Origin: Eledone cirrhosa
Lineage: Eukaryota
NCBI GenBank assembly: GCA_964016885.1
Contig: OZ024740.1
Span: 248,124,001 to 248,188,000 of the forward strand
Direction: 5' to 3'
Length of the DNA: 64,000 nucleotides
The notes under the pieces were generated by a model. The model did no database searches. It was not told where the DNA came from and saw only the letters and a list, made by a program, of their open reading frames with translations. Below, in pieces: positions 1 through 13,677 of the stretch. The position numbers and the translations under genes are program-made. How positions within the stretch are numbered: position 1 is the first letter of the stretch; the number at the start of each line of letters is the position of its first letter.

Positions 1-1720
1 TAAAGTTGATGGACCAGGTCATGAAAGTAACAGAAAGAGTTATAGCACAGCTGATTAGGGACCGGGTGAATATAGACGAGATGCAATTTGGGTTTGTACC
101 AGGGAAAGGCACCACTGATGCGCTCTTCCTTGTGAGGCAATTACAGGAAAAGTACCTAGCTAAAAGTAAGCCACTCTACTTGGCATTTGTCGACCTTGAG
201 AAAGCCTTTGACAGAGTTCCACGTGCAGTAATCTGGTGGGCTCTTAGAAAACTAGGAGTAGATGAATGGCTTGTGAAAGCGGTACAAGCCATGTATAGGG
301 GAGCAGTCAGCAAAGTTAGGATTGGCAATGAGTATAGCGAGGAATTTAGCGTACAGGTTGGGGTCCACCAGGGCTCTGTTCTTAGCCCTCTCCTGTTCAT
401 CATAGTCCTGCAGGCAATAACGGAGGAGTTTAAGACCGGATGCCCATGGGAACTCCTGTATGCTGATGACCTCGCACTCATAGCTGAATCTATGGTAGAA
501 CTAGAGAATAAATTCCAAACCTGGAAGCAGGGACTAGAGAGAAAGGGCCTCAAAGTCAACATGACAAAGACTAAGGTCCTTATAAGTAGACGAGAAAACA
601 GAACCCAGATCCCCTCAGGGAAATGGCCTTGCTCAGTATGTAGGAAAGGTGTAGGTAGGAACTCCATTCTCTGCCCCAAATGCAAACAATGGGTACACAA
701 GAGATGTAGCGGGATCTCAGGAAGCTTAATTAAGAATGTAGGATTCACATGCAGCAGCTGTGCTGAAACAGCAAGCAAACAGCCACAGGAAACAAGTACC
801 ACCAATCTCTGGGAGGGCCCTGTAGAAACAGTAGACAGCTTCTGCTACCTAGGTGACCGAATTAGCAACGGAGGTGGGTGCTCAGAAAGTACAATAACTA
901 GGGTAAGAACGGGATGGAAGAAGTTTAGGGAACTACTACCACTGCTAGCTGCAAAAGGCTTCTCCCTCAGAATGAAAGGCAGACTGTATGATGCGTGTAT
1001 CCGAACAGCGATGTTGCATGGTAGTGAGACCTGGGCGCTGAAGGTGGAAGACTTACGTAGATTAGAGAGAAACGAAGCCTGCATGCTCCGATGGATGTGT
1101 AACAGTAATATACGTGAACGACAAAGCATAAATGAATTGAGAGAGAGACTGAGCATAAGAGGAATCAAATGCTGCGTGCAGGAGAGGCGGTTACGCTGGT
1201 ATGGACATGTGATGCGTATGAAGGATGACAGCTGCATAAAAAGGTGCAGAGCACTAGAAGTTGATGGAAACCGCGGAGTGGGGAGACCCAAGATGACCTG
1301 GGATGAGGTGATAAAAGCCGACCTTACCCAACTACACCTCTCAAAGTCAATGACACACGACCGTGACTTCTGGCGTCACGCAGTAATACAGGGTACCCGA
1401 CCTCCCATGGGTACATGCTGAAGCATATAAACAATATGCCCCCCCCCCCCACCGCAAGGTGGTCGTGGAGGTGCCACGGCAAAAAAGCACCCAGCCCACA
1501 CTGTAAAGTGGACGTGTAGGCGCCACGAAAAAGCACCCAGCACTCACTGTAAATGAGGTTGGTGTTAGGAAGGGCATCCAGCTGTAGAAATCAAGCCAGA
1601 TCAGTTCCTGTATGAGCAAGGCATGGTCAGCCGACCAGACACTGCCTATAACAGGACAACCCGTCTAACCCATGCTAGCGTGGAAGAACGGACGTAAAAC
1701 GGTGATGATGATGATGATGA
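1..1720 (+). mobile_element. RTE-clade LINE, 3' part (RT + PHD-like finger, 3'UTR, (GAT)n tail); 5' part outside window
   Basis: ORF 6-1421 has RT motifs QFGF, FVDLEKAFD, GVHQGSVLSP, LLYADD and the RTE-type C-terminus RRLRWYGHVMR...GRPK-TW; ends in a GAT-repeat tail abutting (TA)n. Confidence 0.93.
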
Positions 1721-1923
1721 TATATATATATATATATATATATACATATTATATAATATGTAGATATATATATATAATATGTATATATATATATATATAT
1801 GAATATAGACATAGAATATTCGAAAATATTCTGTATGTTTATAATAAACATTTTGAAGACCTAATCGCTATAGAATAGAATACGTCACGTATTACAATTA
1901 GATTCTCGATAAAAGCAAGGGAA

Positions 1924-1966
1924 GTAATCTACGCGTTTCATTCTTGTTAGAATTCATCAGGACTAC
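1924..1966 (-). ncRNA. Minimal type I hammerhead ribozyme (first of 12 minus-strand copies, period 310)
   Basis: Minus strand GUAGUC-CUGAUGA-AUUC(UAACAA)GAAU-GAAA-CGCG-UA-GAUUAC: stem I, intact core, stem II, palindromic stem III ACGCGU; distal stem I extension 1902-1917/1975-1990. Confidence 0.92.
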
Positions 1967-4900
1967 ATATCCAGTGCTTTTATCGAGAATGACACAGCTA
2001 GAGACTTATAGAATACTTAGCTGTGTACAGGAACTGGTTTGAAAGAGCGGTTGCCGGTCCGGCAGAAATTAGAAATTGGAATAAATGCTCTGAAATAGCG
2101 ATATATATGTGAATATAGACATAGAATATTCGAAAATATTCTGTATGTTTATAATAAACATTTTGAAGACCTAATCGCTATAGAATAGAATACGTCACGT
2201 ATTACAATTAGATTCTCGATAAAAGCAAGGGAAGTAATCTACGCGTTTCATTCTTGTTAGAATTCATCAGGACTACATATCCAGTGCTTTTATCGAGAAT
2301 GACACAGCTAGAGACTTATAGAATACTTAGCTGTGTACAGGAACTGGTTTGAAAGAGCGGTTGCCGGTCCGGCAGAAATTAGAAATTGGAATAAATGCTC
2401 TGAAATAGCGATATATATGTGAATATAGACATAGAATATTCGAAAATATTCTGTATGTTTATAATAAACATTTTGAAGACCTAATCGCTATAGAATAGAA
2501 TACGTCACGTATTACAATTAGATTCTCGATAAAAGCAAGGGAAGTAATCTACGCGTTTCATTCTTGTTAGAATTCATCAGGACTACATATCCAGTGCTTT
2601 TATCGAGAATGACACAGCTAGAGACTTATAGAATACTTAGCTGTGTACAGGAACTGGTTTGAAAGAGCGGTTGCCGGTCCGGCAGAAATTAGAAATTGGA
2701 ATAAATGCTCTGAAATAGCGATATATATGTGAATATAGACATAGAATATTCGAAAATATTCTGTATGTTTATAATAAACATTTTGAAGACCTAATCGCTA
2801 TAGAATAGAATACGTCACGTATTACAATTAGATTCTCGATAAAAGCAAGGGAAGTAATCTACGCGTTTCATTCTTGTTAGAATTCATCAGGACTACATAT
2901 CCAGTGCTTTTATCGAGAATGACACAGCTAGAGACTTATAGAATACTTAGCTGTGTACAGGAACTGGTTTGAAAGAGCGGTTGCCGGTCCGGCAGAAATT
3001 AGAAATTGGAATAAATGCTCTGAAATAGCGATATATATGTGAATATAGACATAGAATATTCGAAAATATTCTGTATGTTTATAATAAACATTTTGAAGAC
3101 CTAATCGCTATAGAATAGAATACGTCACGTATTACAATTAGATTCTCGATAAAAGCAAGGGAAGTAATCTACGCGTTTCATTCTTGTTAGAATTCATCAG
3201 GACTACATATCCAGTGCTTTTATCGAGAATGACACAGCTAGAGACTTATAGAATACTTAGCTGTGTACAGGAACTGGTTTGAAAGAGCGGTTGCCGGTCC
3301 GGCAGAAATTAGAAATTGGAATAAATGCTCTGAAATAGCGATATATATGTGAATATAGACATAGAATATTCGAAAATATTCTGTATGTTTATAATAAACA
3401 TTTTGAAGACCTAATCGCTATAGAATAGAATACGTCACGTATTACAATTAGATTCTCGATAAAAGCAAGGGAAGTAATCTACGCGTTTCATTCTTGTTAG
3501 AATTCATCAGGACTACATATCCAGTGCTTTTATCGAGAATGACACAGCTAGAGACTTATAGAATACTTAGCTGTGTACAGGAACTGGTTTGAAAGAGCGG
3601 TTGCCGGTCCGGCAGAAATTAGAAATTGGAATAAATGCTCTGAAATAGCGATATATATGTGAATATAGACATAGAATATTCGAAAATATTCTGTATGTTT
3701 ATAATAAACATTTTGAAGACCTAATCGCTATAGAATAGAATACGTCACGTATTACAATTAGATTCTCGATAAAAGCAAGGGAAGTAATCTACGCGTTTCA
3801 TTCTTGTTAGAATTCATCAGGACTACATATCCAGTGCTTTTATCGAGAATGACACAGCTAGAGACTTATAGAATACTTAGCTGTGTACAGGAACTGGTTT
3901 GAAAGAGCGGTTGCCGGTCCGGCAGAAATTAGAAATTGGAATAAATGCTCTGAAATAGCGATATATATGTGAATATAGACATAGAATATTCGAAAATATT
4001 CTGTATGTTTATAATAAACATTTTGAAGACCTAATCGCTATAGAATAGAATACGTCACGTATTACAATTAGATTCTCGATAAAAGCAAGGGAAGTAATCT
4101 ACGCGTTTCATTCTTGTTAGAATTCATCAGGACTACATATCCAGTGCTTTTATCGAGAATGACACAGCTAGAGACTTATAGAATACTTAGCTGTGTACAG
4201 GAACTGGTTTGAAAGAGCGGTTGCCGGTCCGGCAGAAATTAGAAATTGGAATAAATGCTCTGAAATAGCGATATATATGTGAATATAGACATAGAATATT
4301 CGAAAATATTCTGTATGTTTATAATAAACATTTTGAAGACCTAATCGCTATAGAATAGAATACGTCACGTATTACAATTAGATTCTCGATAAAAGCAAGG
4401 GAAGTAATCTACGCGTTTCATTCTTGTTAGAATTCATCAGGACTACATATCCAGTGCTTTTATCGAGAATGACACAGCTAGAGACTTATAGAATACTTAG
4501 CTGTGTACAGGAACTGGTTTGAAAGAGCGGTTGCCGGTCCGGCAGAAATTAGAAATTGGAATAAATGCTCTGAAATAGCGATATATATGTGAATATAGAC
4601 ATAGAATATTCGAAAATATTCTGTATGTTTATAATAAACATTTTGAAGACCTAATCGCTATAGAATAGAATACGTCACGTATTACAATTAGATTCTCGAT
4701 AAAAGCAAGGGAAGTAATCTACGCGTTTCATTCTTGTTAGAATTCATCAGGACTACATATCCAGTGCTTTTATCGAGAATGACACAGCTAGAGACTTATA
4801 GAATACTTAGCTGTGTACAGGAACTGGTTTGAAAGAGCGGTTGCCGGTCCGGCAGAAATTAGAAATTGGAATAAATGCTCTGAAATAGCGATATATATGT

Positions 4901-5661
4901 GAATATAGACATAGAATATTCGAAAATATTCTGTATGTTTATAATAAACATTTTGAAGACCTAATCGCTATAGAATAGAATACGTCACGTATTACAATTA
5001 GATTCTCGATAAAAGCAAGGGAAGTAATCTACGCGTTTCATTCTTGTTAGAATTCATCAGGACTACATATCCAGTGCTTTTATCGAGAATGACACAGCTA
5101 GAGACTTATAGAATACTTAGCTGTGTACAGGAACTGGTTTGAAAGAGCGGTTGCCGGTCCGGCAGAAATTAGAAATTGGAATAAATGCTCTGAAATAGCG
5201 ATATATATGTGAATATAGACATAGAATATTCGAAAATATTCTGTATGTTTATAATAAACATTTTGAAGACCTAATCGCTATAGAATAGAATACGTCACGT
5301 ATTACAATTAGATTCTCGATAAAAGCAAGGGAAGTAATCTACGCGTTTCATTCTTGTTAGAATTCATCAGGACTACATATCCAGTGCTTTTATCGAGAAT
5401 GACACAGCTAGAGACTTATAGAATACTTAGCTGTGTACAGGAACTGGTTTGAAAGAGCGGTTGCCGGTCCGGCAGAAATTAGAAATTGGAATAAATGCTC
5501 TGAAATAGCGATATATATGTGAATATAGACATAGAATATTCGAAAATATTCTGTATGTTTATAATAAACATTTTGAAGACCTAATCGCTATAGAATAGAA
5601 TACGTCACGTATTACAATTAGATTCTCTAGCTGTGTCATTCTCGATAAAAGCACTGGATAT

Positions 5662-5704
5662 GTAGTCCTGATGAATTCTAACAAGAATGAAACGCGTAGA
5701 TTAC
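5662..5704 (+). ncRNA. Minimal type I hammerhead ribozyme (first of 6 plus-strand copies: 5662, 5972, 6282, 6592, 6902, 7212)
   Basis: GTAGTC CTGATGA ATTC TAACAA GAAT GAAA CGCG TA GATTAC read directly. Confidence 0.92.
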
Positions 5705-7413
5705 TTCCCTTGCTTTTATCGAGAATCTAATTGTAATACGTGACGTATTCTATTCTATAGCGATTAGGTCTTCAAAATGTTTATTATAAACATACAGAAT
5801 ATTTTCGAATATTCTATGTCTATATTCACATATATATCGCTATTTCAGAGCATTTATTCCAATTTCTAATTTCTGCCGGACCGGCAACCGCTCTTTCAAA
5901 CCAGTTCCTGTACACAGCTAAGTATTCTATAAGTCTCTAGCTGTGTCATTCTCGATAAAAGCACTGGATATGTAGTCCTGATGAATTCTAACAAGAATGA
6001 AACGCGTAGATTACTTCCCTTGCTTTTATCGAGAATCTAATTGTAATACGTGACGTATTCTATTCTATAGCGATTAGGTCTTCAAAATGTTTATTATAAA
6101 CATACAGAATATTTTCGAATATTCTATGTCTATATTCACATATATATCGCTATTTCAGAGCATTTATTCCAATTTCTAATTTCTGCCGGACCGGCAACCG
6201 CTCTTTCAAACCAGTTCCTGTACACAGCTAAGTATTCTATAAGTCTCTAGCTGTGTCATTCTCGATAAAAGCACTGGATATGTAGTCCTGATGAATTCTA
6301 ACAAGAATGAAACGCGTAGATTACTTCCCTTGCTTTTATCGAGAATCTAATTGTAATACGTGACGTATTCTATTCTATAGCGATTAGGTCTTCAAAATGT
6401 TTATTATAAACATACAGAATATTTTCGAATATTCTATGTCTATATTCACATATATATCGCTATTTCAGAGCATTTATTCCAATTTCTAATTTCTGCCGGA
6501 CCGGCAACCGCTCTTTCAAACCAGTTCCTGTACACAGCTAAGTATTCTATAAGTCTCTAGCTGTGTCATTCTCGATAAAAGCACTGGATATGTAGTCCTG
6601 ATGAATTCTAACAAGAATGAAACGCGTAGATTACTTCCCTTGCTTTTATCGAGAATCTAATTGTAATACGTGACGTATTCTATTCTATAGCGATTAGGTC
6701 TTCAAAATGTTTATTATAAACATACAGAATATTTTCGAATATTCTATGTCTATATTCACATATATATCGCTATTTCAGAGCATTTATTCCAATTTCTAAT
6801 TTCTGCCGGACCGGCAACCGCTCTTTCAAACCAGTTCCTGTACACAGCTAAGTATTCTATAAGTCTCTAGCTGTGTCATTCTCGATAAAAGCACTGGATA
6901 TGTAGTCCTGATGAATTCTAACAAGAATGAAACGCGTAGATTACTTCCCTTGCTTTTATCGAGAATCTAATTGTAATACGTGACGTATTCTATTCTATAG
7001 CGATTAGGTCTTCAAAATGTTTATTATAAACATACAGAATATTTTCGAATATTCTATGTCTATATTCACATATATATCGCTATTTCAGAGCATTTATTCC
7101 AATTTCTAATTTCTGCCGGACCGGCAACCGCTCTTTCAAACCAGTTCCTGTACACAGCTAAGTATTCTATAAGTCTCTAGCTGTGTCATTCTCGATAAAA
7201 GCACTGGATATGTAGTCCTGATGAATTCTAACAAGAATGAAACGCGTAGATTACTTCCCTTGCTTTTATCGAGAATCTAATTGTAATACGTGACGTATTC
7301 TATTCTATAGCGATTAGGTCTTCAAAATGTTTATTATAAACATACAGAATATTTTCGAATATTCTATGTCTATATTCACATATATATCGCTATTTCAGAG
7401 CATTTATTCCAAT

Positions 7414-7530
7414 ATATATATATATATATAATATGTATATATATATATATGTATATATATATATCTATATATATATATATATATATATAATATGTATATA
7501 TATATATCTATATATATATATATATATATA

Positions 7531-7577
<47 letters not shown>

Positions 7578-7779
7578 ATATGTATATATATAATATGTAT
7601 ATATATATATATATATATAAATATATATAATATGTATATATATATATAATATGTATATATATATATATAAATATGTATATATATATATAAATATGTATAT
7701 ATATATATAAATATGTATATATATATATAAATATGTATATATATATATATAAATATGTATATATATATATATAAATATG

Positions 7780-7864
<85 letters not shown>

Positions 7865-8019
7865 GTATATATATATATATAATATGTATATATATATATA
7901 TATATATAATATGTATATATATATATATATATATAATATGTATATATATATATATATATATAATATGTATATATATATATATATAATATGTATATATATA
8001 TATATATATATATAATATG

Positions 8020-8050
<31 letters not shown>

Positions 8051-8052
8051 TA
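7414..8052. repeat. Imperfect (TA)n microsatellite
   Basis: Direct reading; source of spurious YI-repeat ORFs. Confidence 0.97.
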
Positions 8053-9555
8053 TCATCATCATCATCAACGTTTAACGTCCGTGTTCCACGCTTGCATGGG
8101 TTTGGACGGGGGTTTTCACACTTGAGGCAAGAGTGATTGTCTTGCTCGCATAGGACTGTCTGACAGGTTTTCTACAGTTGGATGCCCTTCCTAACACCAA
8201 CCACATTTACAGTGTGGGTCTGGGAGGTTTTTACCGTGTTGCCTACACGGCCACATTACAGCGTGGACTGTGTGTTTTTTTGTCGTGACACCTACACGAT
8301 CTCATTTGTTTCGGCCTGGATGGTGTGGCACCAACATAACTTTACATAGAAGGGGGCGGTGTGGATGCGGTGGGGGTGGTGGACGGGGGTCTATTTTGTT
8401 AGAGATGCCTACTGACTGTAGTAGGTTTTACTTTGTATTTAGGTAAGGCGGGTCTTCTCTATTACTGAGTACCGCCAAAGGTCTCGGTCCAGTGACATTG
8501 TCTTGGTGAGGTGTAAGTGTGTGAGGTCGGAGTTTATCAGCTCGTCCCAGGTTTTTCTGGGTCTGCCTATTCCGTGGCTACCGTCTATCTTTATTGCCCT
8601 GCACTTTGTTATACAGCTATCGTCCTTCATGCGCATCACGTGACCATACCAACGTAGCCTTCTCTCTAGTAAACAACATCTGATCCCTCTTATTTCTAAT
8701 TTTTTCCTTAGTTTGTTTATGCTTTGTCGTTCACGTATATTACTATTACACATCCAGCGGAGCATGCAAGCTTCGTTTCTCTCTAGTCTGCGTATATCCT
8801 CTGCACACAATGCCCAGGTCTCACTGCCATGCAACATTGCTGTTCGTATGCAGGCATCGTACAGCCTGCCTTTCATTTTTAGGGAGAACCCTTTAGCGGC
8901 TAATAGTGGTATAAGCTCTCTGAACTTTTTCCACCCAGTTCTGACTCTAGCTACTGTACTTTCAGAGCACCCTCCCCCACTGCTTTTTTTGTCACCCAGG
9001 TAACGGAAGCTGTCCACTATTTGTATAGAACCCTCTGCGCAGTTGAAAGAGCTAGTATTTTGTGGGCACTTGCTGCTACTTATTGCCCCAGAACACCGGC
9101 CACATGTAAAATCTATGTTCTTAGTTAGCTTACCTGTGATCCCACTACATCTTTTATGAACCCAAACTTTGCATTTGGGACACAAAATGGAATTTCTACC
9201 TACGCCTTTCCTACACTCTGCGCATGGCCACTTCCCGGAGGGGACCGGCGCCTTATTTTCTTTCTTACAAACTAGAACTTTAGTCTTAGCCAGGTTAATT
9301 TTAAGGGCTTTTGATTCTAGGCTGTGCTTCCATGTTTGGAATTTCTTCTCTAGCTCGGCCATTGATTCAGCTATGAGCGTTAGATCATCTGCGTATAGGA
9401 GTTCCCATGGGCAGCCGGTCTTGAACTCCACTGTTATAGCCTGGAGGGCAATAGTAAATAGTAGGGGGCTAAGAACAGAGCCCTGATGAACACCAACTTT
9501 TACACTAAACTCTTCACTATATTCGTTGTTAATTCTAACCTTGCTGACTGTTTCA
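8053..9555 (-). mobile_element. 5'-truncated RTE LINE, same subfamily as 36202-39741
   Basis: ORF portion 8439-9555 has HQGSVLSP, YADD, PHD-like cysteines and RLRWYGHV; 3'UTR nearly identical to 39360-39740; both ends in (TA)n. Confidence 0.93.
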
Positions 9556-9563
9556 TAATATAT

Positions 9564-9616
<53 letters not shown>

Positions 9617-10031
9617 ATATATAATATATATATATATAATATATATATATTATATATATATATATAATATATATATACATATATATAATATATATATATA
9701 TATATAACATATATATATATAATATATATATATATATAATATATATATATATATATAATATATATATATATATAATATATATATATATAATATGTATATA
9801 TATATATATATATAATATATTTAATTATTATTTAATTTATTAACTTTTCATTGAGCCACAAAGTGACCCGTTGCAAAACACGTATATGTATGTATGTATG
9901 TATATATATATATATGTAAACTTTTATATGTAATAATCTCCCATTAGGTTGAGATACAAATTTGGCTGTATTGTGCTGTGCTTTCTAGCAAAAAGCCACC
10001 AGCCGTAAGCAACTACCACACTCTTTCCTAC

Positions 10032-10063
10032 CTGACCGCTGCTACGTCACGATTCTTAGCCAT
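10032..10063 (-). CDS. Possible first coding micro-exon of a host gene running off the left edge (MAKNRDVAAV-)
   Basis: Minus strand TTCAAAA-ATGG context, 32 nt open, then AG|GTAGGA donor-like site, in a non-repetitive CpG-containing island; no homology recognised. Confidence 0.25.
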
Positions 10064-10619
10064 TTTTGAATGAATTCATGGCGCGATCACTTTGGAAAAT
10101 TTAATGTCTGGATCGGAGCAAATCTCCTGATGAGTCTGATGCTCGAGTTCCAAAGTTAAGTTCCAGCGTAAAGCAAACAATTATTATTATTATTATATAC
10201 AAGCTGAACTGGACTGGGAAAGGTCAACAGTTGACATGATATTGATTTTGATTTTGTATTTGTATCAGTACTGTCGGTAATATATATATATGTGTGTGTG
10301 TTTGTGAGTGGTGTGTGTGATTGTATGCATGAATGAGTGTTGGTATGTGAGTGGCGTGTGTGTGTGGTTGTGGTTTGTATGCATGAGTGTTGGTGTGTGT
10401 GTGTGTGTGCGCGTTGTGTCAATAAGTTTGTTTTTTTTGTTTTTTTATGACCATGCTGTAAAATGGAGGGGTAGAGAGGGCCCTTGAGTCTAGTAAGACA
10501 TCCTCTCTAGTGCTGGTGGCACAAATAAAAGCACCCAGTCCATGCTGTAAAGTGGCGCTGGTGTTAGGAAGGGCATCTAACCAGTGTATCAATGCCAAAA
10601 CGCTTATCAGCACAGCAAC

Positions 10620-13600
10620 AAATAGGAACAACAAAATATGAAGACATCGCATTTCAGAGTTGCAACACTTAATGTTGGCACTCTCAGAGGTAGATCTGCT
10701 GAAATAGCGGAGATGCAGGCGAGAAGGCAGGTGGAGGTGTGCTGCGTGCAAGAGGTGAGATGGAGAGGTGCCTCTGCGAGACTAGTCATAGGCAAACGTC
10801 TTAGCATTAAGCTATTCTGGGTAGGTAAGGATGATGGGTTAGGGGGAGTAGGCATTTTCCTGGCTGAGAAATGGATCAATAAGACAATAGAGGTAGTTCG
10901 AGTTAGTAATCGAATAATTAAGCTTAGATTAGTTGTCTATGCTCCCCAAGCAGGCCTAGGCAAAGAAGAGAAAGACTGCTTTTATGAGCAACTTTTGCAA
11001 ACAACCGCAATGACAGAGGACGGAGACATCGTTATGCTAGCAGGAGACTTCAATGGTCATGTTGGACAGCTCCAGGATGGTTACACTGGGGTACATGGTG
11101 GGCACGGTTACGGTTCAAGAAATGAAGAAGGAGTGAGACTTCTTGAATTTTGTGATGCGGGTACATTGACTATTTGCAACACAAACTTCCAGAAATCTGC
11201 CAATCACCTAATAACCTACAAATCTGGTGAGCACATAAGCCAGATTGAGTTCTTACTAGTTAGGCAGTGGGACAGGCAGATAGTGTCTAATACCAAGGCA
11301 TACCCTGGGGAAGAATGTACCCCACAGCATAGGTTAGTTGTTAGTGATATCTCAGTAAGCAAGAGATGGAATGAGACATATAGGAAGGTGTAGAGAAGAA
11401 AGGTCTGGAAGCTAAAAGACCTTTCACTAAAATACAAATTTAGGAAAGCCCTTCAAGATGTATATGACGAAAAAGAAGACGATTTAGAGACGTATGACAT
11501 AGATAATAACTGGAATTTCTTACGTGACAACTTGCTGCAGGCTACTGATGAACCTTGTGGCTGGAGCAGAGCTCCAACCAGACAGAGAGTGACCTGGTGG
11601 TGGAACAGCACAGTAGATAAGGCTATTAGAGACAAAAGACTAGCATGGAAGGCTTGGAAAAAGGGTGGGAGTAGGGAAGAATATACAGCCACTAAGAGAG
11701 AAGCTAGACGTCAGGTGTACTTAGCACGCAGGGAGGCAGAGAGTAGGAGGTTTGCCAATGTTCTGCGACGGGAAGATCAGAGGCGTGCGGTGTTCCACAT
11801 TGCAAGGCAGTGTGTCAATGCAAATCAGGATATTGTTGGAGATAAATGTGTCCGGGATGATGCCGGTGTACTTAGTTTCACGAATGATCAGAAAAAGGAG
11901 GCCTGGAAATGTCATTATGAGAGACTGATGAATGTGGAGAACAAAGGGGAGAGAGAGAAATTACTCTCTGTAGATCCGACAGAGGGACCAGCTATTGAGA
12001 TTGAAGAATATAGGATCCAAGAGGCGATTAGGGAAATGAAAAATGGTAAGGCTGCCGGACCATCGGGAATAGTTGCCGAGATGCTGAAGGCATCAGGGGA
12101 CGTAGGCACTAAACTGGTTGCACGCATCATCAATCAGGCTATATTTGGTGGTGTCATACCCAAAGACTGATGCAGCAGTATTCTCATAAATTGCTACAAA
12201 GATAAAGGGGATGCTCTGAATAGGAGCAATTATAGGGGCATAAAACTGATGGATCAGGTTATGAAAGTTGCAGAAAGAATATTAGTGCAACTAATTAGAG
12301 AAAGGGTCAAATTAGATGAGATGCAGTTTGGTTTTGTGCCTCGGAAAAGTACAATAGATGCCCTCTTCTTAGTGAGACAATTACAAGAGAGGTTCTTAGA
12401 GAAAAATAAGCCACTATACTTAGCTTTTGTTGACCTAGAGAAGGCCTTTGATAGTGGTGGTCCCTAAGGAAGCTAGGTGTTGAGGAATGGCTTGTGAGGA
12501 CAGGGCAAACTTTGTACAGAGGTACTCAGTAAAGTCAGGGTAGGAATGGAGTTTAGTGAGGAATTCCAGATACAAGTAGGAGTACATCAGGGTTCGGTCC
12601 TCAGCCCGCTCTTGTTCATTCTAGTCCTCCAAGCCATAACAGAGGAGTTTAAGACTGGCTGTCCATGGGAACTTCTCTATGCTGACGATCTGGTTCTTAT
12701 AGCAGAATCAGTAGAGGAGCTAGAGAATAAATTCTGGCTATGGAAACAGCAGTTGGAAGCAAGAGGACTGAGAGTGAATCTAGCTAAGACAAAAGTGTTG
12801 ATGAGTAGAAAAGAGGACAAAACCCTGATTCCGTCAGGGGAATGGCCATGTTCGATATGCAGAAAAGGAACTGGCATAAATTCTATAAAATGCACACAAT
12901 GCAGATCCTGGGTACACAAGAGATGTAGCGGGATAGCAGGCAAACTAACAGGTAGGGAGAAATATGTATGCAGTAGATGTACAGGGAAATTAGACAGTAG
13001 AAGTCGCATTGATAGACACATTTTTCAAATGCAGGAGGGCGCTATAGAAGTGGTGGATAGCTTCCAGTACCTAGGAGATCAGATTAGCATGGGAGGAGGG
13101 TGTTCCGAGGCCATAGTATCTAGAATAAGGACGGGTTGGAAGAAGTTTAGGGAGCTGCTTCCTCTGTTGACGAAGAAGGGTTTCTCCCTGCGTACGAAAG
13201 GCCGGTTGTATGATGCCTGTGTGAGGAGCGCGATACTGCATGGTAGTGAGACATGGGCAGCAACTGCAGAGGATATGCGACGGCTGGAGAGAAATAAGGT
13301 AAGCATGCTCCGTTGGATGTGCAGTGTAAATGTGCGTGAACGACCCAGCATAAATGTGTTGAGAGAGAAACTGTGTCTGTGAGGGATAGAATGTAGTGTA
13401 CGGGAGAGGAGACTGAGGTGGTATGGACATGTGATGCGCATGGAGGATGACCGATGGGTGAAGAAGTGCCAGGAATTGCCATTTGAAGGAAGACGTGGTA
13501 GAGGTAGACCACGAAAAACATGGGCGGAGGTGGTGAGAACAGACCTCAGATCATTGAAGCTCACGGTGGAGATGACGAGGGACCGTGACGAGTGGAGAGA

Positions 13601-13677
13601 TGCTGTGCTGAATAAGACCCGTCCCACCCTTGCAAGCAGGGAAAAGCGGACATAAAATGATGATGATGATGATGATA
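10620..13677 (+). mobile_element. Near full-length degenerate RTE LINE (APE endonuclease + RT + PHD-like finger)
   Basis: ORF pieces 10638-11393 (ATLNVGTL, QEVRW, VYAPQ, GDFNGHVG), 11532-12170, 12249-12467, 12546-13382 (YADD), 13431-13655; stops and frameshifts; (GAT)n tail. Confidence 0.93.

Larger units (their letters stand above)
1801..7413. repeat. 310-bp tandem array (retrozyme-like): ~12.3 units in one orientation (1801-5627), then ~5.8 inverted units (5624-7413)
   Basis: Unit GAATATAGACATAG... restarts at 1801, 2111, 2421 ... 5521; reverse-complement units follow the junction GATTCTC|TAGCTGTG; units look identical by eye; (TA)n on both flanks. Confidence 0.98.

Noticed and set aside
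176-1291. Antisense ORFs over RTE copies (also 12677-13627, 37097-39077)
   Set aside because: Shadow frames of the LINE ORF with no recognisable motifs
1801-7413. CRISPR-like or rDNA/snRNA array interpretation
   Set aside because: Units are identical with no variable spacers, no cas genes are present, the context is eukaryotic, and no 5S/snRNA/tRNA sequence was recognised
10127-10160. CTGATGAG as a hammerhead core
   Set aside because: No following stem II-GAAA-stem III-UH arrangement
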